Below are positions 55,556-64,000 of a stretch of 64,000 nt of DNA, one piece after another. Positions within the stretch are counted from its first letter, which is position 1. Each line of letters starts with the position of its first letter. The notes under the pieces were generated by a model, which saw only the letters and a list, made by a program, of their open reading frames with translations, was not told the DNA's origin and ran no database searches. The position numbers and the translations under genes are program-made. Location of the stretch: NCBI GenBank assembly GCA_951406725.2, contig OX597830.1, positions 55,738,001 to 55,802,000 on the forward strand, written 5' to 3'. This stretch comes from Octopus vulgaris. Taxonomy: Eukaryota.

Positions 55556-55792
55556 GTATGCATAAAAGCATAATTTTGTGTTTGCACAGGCGAATGCAAA
55601 ATAAACATCCGCATACACATTCAGTTTTTAAAAGCCTTAATTAAAGTATTACTTAGAAGAATAATTCTGGAGCATTGCTTGAATAGCAACGCAATTTCTT
55701 GACTTCGAATGTGTGGAGTCTCTGGTGTTTATCAAAATATTACCAAGAGAAGAAAAAGAAATAAAATCAAAGGCGTGGGCTTCGAGCAGCCG

Positions 55793-55823
<31 letters not shown>

Positions 55824-55999
55824 GTCGTTCGTAAAGAACGTAAAAATAAGCGTTTTCTTCAAACTTTCATTTCAGATTTCAAAGCATATTTATTTAGACA
55901 GTGGATATTCAAAAGAAAAGAAAAAAAACCACGTTCAGTTTCCCAGCTAATGATTGGAAATGAACAAATCTGAGTACAGAAAATCGGGGCCTTTCAGTT

Positions 56000-56093
<94 letters not shown>

Positions 56094-57199
56094 TGTGTCT
56101 GTGTGCGTGTGCGTGTGTGCTTGTGTGTGTGTTACACCCTTAGTTGTTAAACTTTTTAACTTTCTTCTGAGTTGGCGAACAAATAAATGACGTATCAATG
56201 ACGCAAACTGCTTGAAATTTTTCAAACAAAACTACGTTTTAAAATACAGAATTTTAGAAAAATATATAAAACAATTGTTCACTCCATTTTTATTTCTCAT
56301 ATTTGTGAATAACAAAATATGTAACGAATAAAATCTTTTTTTACTCACTCAAAAATTAACATGGATTTTTCTAAAGCCTCAAAATATATTTTTAAAACAT
56401 GATACGCAAAAGTTTTTTTTTGCTTGTTCACATGCAAAAGCATGTAATACTTTCGTGCTTTAAATATCATATGTATAAATCACACGAAATCAAGCGGCTG
56501 TTCGTTAACGAATCTTAATGTTGAGGAATAAATGAATTAATCAATTTATACAGATACCCCCAACACAATTTGTTTGGTGTGATAGCGGACTATTTCCAAG
56601 TAGCAAATAGCTAAAGTAACAATTTCGAATTTATAACACCATCAACAATAAATTATGAGTTCGAAACGCGAGTGTAAATACAGTTACTGCTCGTAAATAT
56701 CAAGGATTTATTTCCACGTGTCCAACTCTGTTCTGCGGTTCAGGATAGAGTTCTGCTTCCCAATAAAGTATGCCTTTGCAATCTGGAACCTTACGGCATC
56801 TATTCTCGTCTGCGGCATCTATACGTCTGCTAAAATAGCAAGCTGATGTAGATATAGCTGAAACTCTTCCAGGATATGAACACTTGTGTATTCTTCGCCG
56901 TGTAAGTGAACCGTGAGGTCCTTCCTAAATTTCTCGGACATCTTTTGTTCGGCTTCATGTTTTTACGCATTACCCCCCTCTTTTTGTCGTCATCCACAGC
57001 TTGTTACCTTTTTTCGGCACCCATTGACATCACATCATCGCTTGATAACGGGGTTGTCAATTGTTGTCACCCACGACCATACCCAGAGCCCAGAGACCGG
57101 AAACAGTAGTTTCGTGGTGGCGGTGTTGCTGCTGTTGTTATTGTTGTTGTTGCTGCTGTTATATATATCGAATGACTCTGGATATCCAGACCATAACAG

Positions 57200-57261
<62 letters not shown>

Positions 57262-57265
<4 letters not shown>

Positions 57266-57582
57266 AGAGTTTTTACAAAAGACGAAGACAAGTGGTGTAC
57301 AAAACAAACGTTCAGGAATAGAAAAAGTCTTTTACGTTTTGAGCCTACGCTCTTCTACAGAAAGGGACACAGAAAAAAACAAGGAGAGAAACAAGGAAAG
57401 AAAAAAATGCGTGTAGTGGATAGCGATCTATCATGTCGTCTGTCCATTGTAAAGAGAAGTTTGGAGGAGCCAGGAGGGAAGGAGAAAGAGTTGAATAGAC
57501 GAAGAGCATGGTTGGTGTCATGGATGTGAGAAGGAAGAGAAGGCACTAGTGGGGCAAGGACACGGTCGAGATATTTGGAGAT
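57262..57582 (-). mobile_element. PLE RT fragment fused to family E tail
   Basis: ISKYLDRVLAPLVPSLPSHIHDTNHALRLF..LLFTMD (57582-57441), followed directly by the HHR-type tail. Confidence 0.75.
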
Positions 57583-57869
57583 ATATATATATATATATAT
57601 ATAGATAGATAGATTTTGTTGTTAAAATTTGTGTGCAATAAAGTGTTTATACTTCTAAAATACACAAAATATTTTCAGAATTTTTTTTTTATACAATTCC
57701 TAATACTTAGTAATTATATTTTTTAAAAAAACAACTTTTTTTATATACATTGAATGGCTCTGGATATCCAGTAGACCATAACAGGCAAAAAAAACAATGG
57801 TTCAGAACCACTGATATAGAACAAACGTCTGAGTTTGATTGTGTTGTCGTTTTCCATTTCTATTTCTTA

Positions 57870-58110
57870 ATCTTTTATCTTTTATCCTTCACTTGTTTCA
57901 GTCATTAGATTGCGACCATGCTGGGGCATCGTCTTGAGGAATTTTGACCGAATGAATCGACCCCAGTACACTTTTTTTTTTTCTTTTGTAAAGCCTAGTA
58001 CTTATTCTATCGATTCCTTTTACCGAATACCGATATGTTAGGAGGACATAAACACACCAACACCCGTCCTGAAGCGGTCGTGGAGGAGGAGGACAAACAC
58101 ACAAAAACAA
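57870..58110 (-). mobile_element. Diverged SINE A 3' half
   Basis: AAGCCTAGTACTTATTCTATCG and adjacent blocks. Confidence 0.7.
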
Positions 58111-58120
58111 CCACACATAT

Positions 58121-58246
<126 letters not shown>

Positions 58247-58247
58247 A

Positions 58248-58278
<31 letters not shown>

Positions 58279-58305
58279 TAAAGTAATAAAGTTAATGTCT
58301 GATCA

Positions 58306-58369
58306 TAGAGTGACCAGTAGTTTCGCCTCCACGAAGGCTGTGGCCTCGCGGGCGACTCATCAGACTCTA
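58306..58369 (-). ncRNA. Type I hammerhead ribozyme, canonical core, within inverted repeat 58282-58448
   Basis: TAGAGT-CTGATGA-GTC..GGC-GAAAC-TACTG-GTC|ACTCTA. Confidence 0.82.
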
Positions 58370-58521
58370 GTCCAAAGACCACGGGGCTACAACCTTCGTG
58401 GAGGCGAAACTACTGGTCACTCTATGATCAGACATTAACTTTATTACTCTTTAATACTTTACTGCTCTATACTTTAATTAGTTTTAATGTGTGCTTCTTT
58501 TTCGGATATATAATACATTGA

Positions 58522-58581
<60 letters not shown>

Positions 58582-58585
<4 letters not shown>

Positions 58586-58695
58586 AAATAAGCAACAAGT
58601 ATATCTTCGGTAATTTGGTACGATCGTTTCATGCTACTTCATTTTATTAAGCATTTTACCAAATTACCGAAGATATACTTGTTGCTTATTTTGAT
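58582..58695. repeat. 39-bp inverted repeat with partial hammerhead in the spacer
   Basis: Arms 58582-58620 and 58657-58695; minus ATGCT..AGCAT-GAAAC-GATC-GTA. Confidence 0.75.
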
Positions 58696-58791
58696 TATAA
58701 TCACCCCATGGATTTATATGGATAATACCATACAAAATTCTGGTGCCTCTGACATAAGTACCATATTCATTTGAATCTAAATTTTGCTGAA

Positions 58792-58833
<42 letters not shown>

Positions 58834-58834
58834 G

Positions 58835-58884
<50 letters not shown>

Positions 58885-58978
58885 AGGGAAGTCAAAAATT
58901 ATCCACATTTTCGCCATAATATATCTTTATTGTATTGTATTTTATATATATATATAGCGGCGTACGGTACACACTTTG

Positions 58979-59037
<59 letters not shown>

Positions 59038-59130
59038 ACGGGAAAGTTTACGAAAATAAACAAAAGACGAAGGCAGGTGGAGTATAAACAAATGTATTAG
59101 TATAGCGCTCAGGATTAGAAATAGAAAAAG

Positions 59131-59168
59131 TCTTTTACGTTTCGAGCCTACGCTCTTCGACAGAAAGA
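59131..59168 (-). ncRNA. Minimal hammerhead-like motif, CTGTCGA core (family E, element ~59040-59226)
   Basis: TCTTT-CTGTCGA-A-GAGC GTAG GCTC-GAAAC-GTA|AAAGA. Confidence 0.6.
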
Positions 59169-59225
59169 TACACAGAAAAAAACAAGGAGAGAAAAAAATG
59201 CGTGTAGGAGCTAACGATCTATCAT

Positions 59226-59256
<31 letters not shown>

Positions 59257-59486
59257 TGAATAAAAAAGGCGTCAGAATTTTCGAAAAAAATATTTCTATT
59301 TCTTCATTATTATTAGCGTTCTCGTTCGTTTTTCCAACTTGTCAAAGTTTTGTGAATGTACAAATAGCTTGTTCGTTTAGATAAAATAGAAGATGATTTT
59401 AGAGGTGGTTAGAAGAAGAGAACATTGTTTTTGTTGGGGTTTTTTTGGTGGGGGGGTTCCCCTGACAATGGAGATAGATAAATAGA

Positions 59487-59522
<36 letters not shown>

Positions 59523-59680
59523 GGATCCCCTTCCTATTCACCATTCATTTATTTATTTAGTGATTTACCATTATATTGGAATGGGTTTAAGGATGGTAAA
59601 CTCTTCAAAAGCAAAAAAAAAACAGGTTTGGTGTGGTCATCACTGAAAGTCTTTTTGCTTTCTTTCTCTCTTCCCGTGTT

Positions 59681-59761
<81 letters not shown>

Positions 59762-60088
59762 GTGTATATATGTATATATATATATGCATATATGTATGTA
59801 TATACGTATGTATGTGTGTATATATATATATATATATGTATGTGTATATATATATATGTATGTATATATGTATATATATATATATATATAAATAGATGAG
59901 TGTATTTTTACCTTGTTAACAATTAACACGGAAAAAATAAATAAATAGTTATCAGGGTAGCAAAAATCTCACAAGTAAAGATGTAACTCCTTGTTTATAA
60001 AGGTAGAAACTTCGTGTTTACGTTGAATATTTTGAATAGTATATGAATAAATAAATGGAGTTTAACGCAGGTGTAATCAAATATTTTT

Positions 60089-60174
60089 ACTTTCGACACA
60101 TGTTTCGAAAATTCCACTGATACTATTCAAAAGAATAAATGGTATAAACAATGCAATCTTCTCCTCAGGAAAGT
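60089..60174 (-). ncRNA. Type I hammerhead ribozyme in PLE pLTR
   Basis: ACTTTC-CTGAGGA-GAAGATT..AATTTTC-GAAAC-ATGT-GTC|GAAAGT. Confidence 0.85.
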
Positions 60175-60375
60175 GAAAAAAGCGAAACTCGTCGATAAGA
60201 CATTTTAGCAAAAAATGATGGATTTGTATAGCGATAGACAGAACGCTATTAATATTGTTTAAACAAACGTTATATGACATAAAGTCATAAGTAGCTAACA
60301 GAAAGAGTAGGGATACCAATAGTGAATGTTAAATATAAAGGAAATTAAAGTTTAAATTATATATAATGATAGAGA

Positions 60376-62002
60376 CTACTTATATGCACTAAATGTATGT
60401 TTTTGCCAATGCTTACATCTGTATGCTCGCTCTATAACCGTGTTTACTAGAGTATTTTTAGAAAAAATAATGAAAAATAGCTCAGAATTGCAGAGAAGAC
60501 AGAATTCCTTGCCTTTGTCATATGGTATCGAAATTGAGAGAATCAACCATTCTAAATGAAATTGTTCATTGTGGTCTTTTAAATCCAAAATCAGTTTGCT
60601 GAGACCGGTACTATTACGTTTATTTCTATCCCTAAATGTTGAATAATGGATAGAAATTATTTTAGATAACTCTAACGATGTGTTTCCAATGTAAAATCGT
60701 ACTTTATTACGAATACTGATTATACACTGGTATATAGAATTTCTAATCTTAGAGTTACTTGACGGAAACTTAATTCTATTGGAATTGACTTCAGATACAA
60801 TAACCTTGTTATTAATATTTCTAGAGGGTTGGATGGTATTGGCTAAATTAATGTTAGTATTAGTAAATGTATTAATATTTAACAGTTTGTTATTATGTGA
60901 AGAGATAATTTGCAAGAGATTTTTTTGTGTTTGAAAAACCTATCCTAACCTTATGTGAATTGATAATAGAGTAATATCTAGAATTGTTTGGAAAATTCCT
61001 AGCAATAGCTTGACGAAGCAGCAGTGGGAGATTAGATTTAATTTGTCTCCCGTAAGGAATTATTAACCAAATATTTTTACTAGTATTCATAGCGTAATTA
61101 CTTTTGAAGGTGTTATATTTACTTTTAGATCGATAATAGGGGATTAAATAAGGGTTATCTGCCTTCATTCGCTTTGTATCGGTGCGTAAGTTTTGTTTGT
61201 TATCAATAATTCTTTTACGACTAGAAATCTTATCTACATTATTGAATTTACAATTAGACTGAGCAGAATCAATGTAGAAAATTTTCTCTGTATAACCTGC
61301 TTTAATTAAGGCAGAGTTATAGAATTCAGCGTTATTATTGAAAATATCAACATTAGCAGATAATTTAGATAATCTAAATGAAATATTCTTAACTAAGTTC
61401 TTAGTAATTGCTCCAGGACGATTACTAAATTTGCTAATGTACTTAAGATTGGTCAACGGTTTACGATATGGGAAGTAAGAGTCACTGTGTAAATTAAGCG
61501 TAATATCTAAAAAGTTGGCCTTCTTCATATCGTCATCAAAAACGATTTTTAAGCCCATTCTACTGAAAAAATTAACTAAACTATTCTTAAATTTTTGTAC
61601 CTTCTGGTTGGAAACATTTTGGAGGTAAAGTAAACAATCATCACGATATAGACCTTCATAAATGTTAGGGAACTCTTCAGCCATTTCAAAAAGAATATAC
61701 ATACAGACTGAATCAGCTACCTGTGCTGAATCAGAACTTCCCATTGGTATATCGAAACTATCTGGTGTGTCTTTACGGACCCACAACTTATCATCAAATT
61801 TAATAATAGATCTTCTGGCTGGCAACACAATATTAATTTCTTCTCGGGTGAGACCAGCTTTGTTATGAGCAAGCCAAAGTGCCTTATTAAGTACTATTGG
61901 ATTGATAGATGAATAAAAATTGGAAATATCAAACTGGATAAACTTAGTACTCGTCTTATTGGTAATAGAACTAAACCAGTCAACTACTTCAAACGAATTA
62001 GT
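60376..62002 (-). pseudogene. PLE polyprotein (RT plus C-terminal GIY-YIG), frameshift near 60920
   Basis: FIQFDISNFYSSI, FDIPMGSSDSAQ, GLYRDD, NFLDITL; SIYQC..FYIGNT, CLLC..RCKH. Confidence 0.9.
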
Positions 62003-62124
62003 CCTGAGGAGAAGATTGCATTGTTTATACCATTTATTCTTTTGAATAGTATCAGTGGAATTTTCGAAACATGTGTCGAAAGTAAAAGTATTTGATTACA
62101 CCTGCGTTAAACATTTATTTATTC

Positions 62125-62177
<53 letters not shown>

Positions 62178-62631
62178 TAACTGCCCGGATGTTTTGTTGT
62201 GTCTCTCTTGTTAAGTTCTTGTTCCATTTTTTGTTTACTTTATCTCTATATTATAAATCTGAAATGTGAAAAGTTTGTTTGTTTGTCTGGTTTTGGCATT
62301 GAGAACGGGTTAAAGGCCACTAGATCCCGTCGGATTAACTCCAAAATTTACAGGAACATGTAAAATGAGGTGAGGATGCCAGTGAGCTAGGTTAGAAATC
62401 CCTATCTTAAAAGGTGTCGTTGCTAGGGCCAAAAACGCACTTTGACAAGTCTACTCTCATTCTTTTATGTATCTGTCTTCCTCCGTCACTCACTCTCTTT
62501 CCTCCCTTCCCATCACTTTCTATATATAACGTTGTTTAACAGCGTCTGACTCCCCTTCACTTTCTCTTTATAACGTCATCAAACAGCGTTCTATATCTCC
62601 CCCTCCCCGCCTTCGACAGCGCTTTCACACA

Positions 62632-62693
<62 letters not shown>

Positions 62694-62787
62694 GTCTGTC
62701 TGCATTCATAGACAGAATTATCATCGCCACCACCACCACACAATCATAAGAACAAATATTATGAATCAGATATTTATTGGGTTAATT

Positions 62788-62829
<42 letters not shown>

Positions 62830-63091
62830 CTATATATAAATATGTATATTAAACTTTTTTATACTTTTTGATAGTTATATATATATATTTTAAATTATAA
62901 ATATAAATTAATAATTTTAATTTTAAATTTTATATTTTATATATTTTGTATATTATATTTTTATTTTTATGTTTTCATTTATGTTTTTCACTGTTTGATT
63001 TGCCTAATATTGGTTTTATCTCTAATTTAATTTATTTGTATACATTTGTATATATAATGCGTACACACACACACACATATATATATAATGC

Positions 63092-63124
<33 letters not shown>

Positions 63125-63890
63125 GTGCGCATTATGTGGTCGGTTGTGCTGAAAATATGCACACCTATGTTAAAATTGCTGGCGAGTTTGCATGGCAACT
63201 ATTTTTTTCCTCAAATGAAAGGTGTGACCTCTAGGAAAAAATTCCTCATCTTATAAAATGTGACCCGAGTAGACCCGAATGAAATCGGGTTATATTAACC
63301 AAAATGTGAAAAGAGGTCTATTGGGGCTTGAAGGGGATTAAAATTTACAGGAGCAGGTGTTTAAGAATTCTCTGTTACATGAAGCTAAAAAATTGGCGCC
63401 AGCCTTTAAATCGTCAATGTGTTGCCGTCCATGATGAAGTTTTGAATGCTTGCCATGGTGAGTCTACTGTCGTGAGAAAGAATCACTTCAAAGCTTGGTG
63501 TTTAGGAATTTTCTTTCACATCAAGTTCAAAATTTTACGCCAGCCGTTAAACTGACACTATGTTACTGTCCGTCGTTAAGAAATGCCAGCCATGGTGACT
63601 TTACTATCCTCAGATTCTATCCTTTCAACTTTGGTTTCCAATATTTTTTTTTTTTTTATTCAGCTCGCAAGTTCGTCTGTCCCTTTTAAATGTTAGTGTT
63701 TTGCTTTCTGTCTTGAAGCAGACCTTTCCGTTGTCACTACTTTCTTTCTCAACTTACTCAAGATCTTTTGTTGTTTATAAATGGGAGAGAGATAGATAGA
63801 GAAAGATAGAGAGTAAGAGAAAGCGAGGGAGAGTCCGAGAGAAAGGAAGAGTAAGAGAGTGGGAAAGGGAGAGAGAAACAAACAGGGAGA

Positions 63891-64000
63891 ATCATCATCA
63901 TCATCATCGTTTAACGCCCGTTTTCCGTGCTAGCACGGGTTGGACGGTTTGACCGGGGTCTGGGAAGCCAGGAGGCTGCACCAGGTTCCAGTCTGATCTG
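63891..64000 (-). mobile_element. Probable retroposon 3' end with (GAT)n tail, cut by window edge
   Basis: (CAT)n followed by CGTTTAACGCCCGTTTTCC. Confidence 0.5.

Larger units (their letters stand above)
59892..62127 (-). mobile_element. 5'-truncated Penelope-like element (Naiad-like RT) with inverted pLTR piece at the 5' junction
   Basis: RT and GIY-YIG ORFs; 62003-62127 is the reverse complement of 60041-60169; flanked by TA tracts. Confidence 0.9.

Noticed and set aside
60376-61828. Selenocysteine recoding, reported for some Naiad PLEs
   Set aside because: No in-frame TGA at Cys positions seen; the break is a frameshift
62242-62460. Helitron-like 5' end (TCT..ATTATAAAT..GTTTGTTTGT)
   Set aside because: No matching hairpin-CTRR 3' end found

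Overview
AT-rich, microsatellite-saturated eukaryotic intergenic or intronic DNA. It is most likely from a cephalopod (Octopus-like), inferred only from the SINE families. No host gene is evident; nearly all listed ORFs are translations of simple repeats. The window is a nest of retroelements: a near full-length CR1-type LINE (PHD and polyQ ORF1, damaged ORF2), Tx1/L1, RTE and R4/Dong-like RLE fragments (the RLE pieces always in (AAT)n), Penelope-like elements (PLEs), several tRNA-derived SINE families, mariner and DD37D fossils, a small Helitron and a MITE. The main signal is a dense set of type I hammerhead-ribozyme (HHR) folds, about ten motifs from at least seven unrelated short non-coding families. 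They lie mostly in (TA)n tracts, with partial-tandem or inverted PLE-style ends. In four independent cases the element 5' boundary falls within 2 nt of the predicted self-cleavage site. One family couples a tRNA-like Pol III head to an HHR, and two non-canonical cores recur. This looks like a diverse retrozyme or non-autonomous PLE system. All folds were assigned by eye and none was tested.
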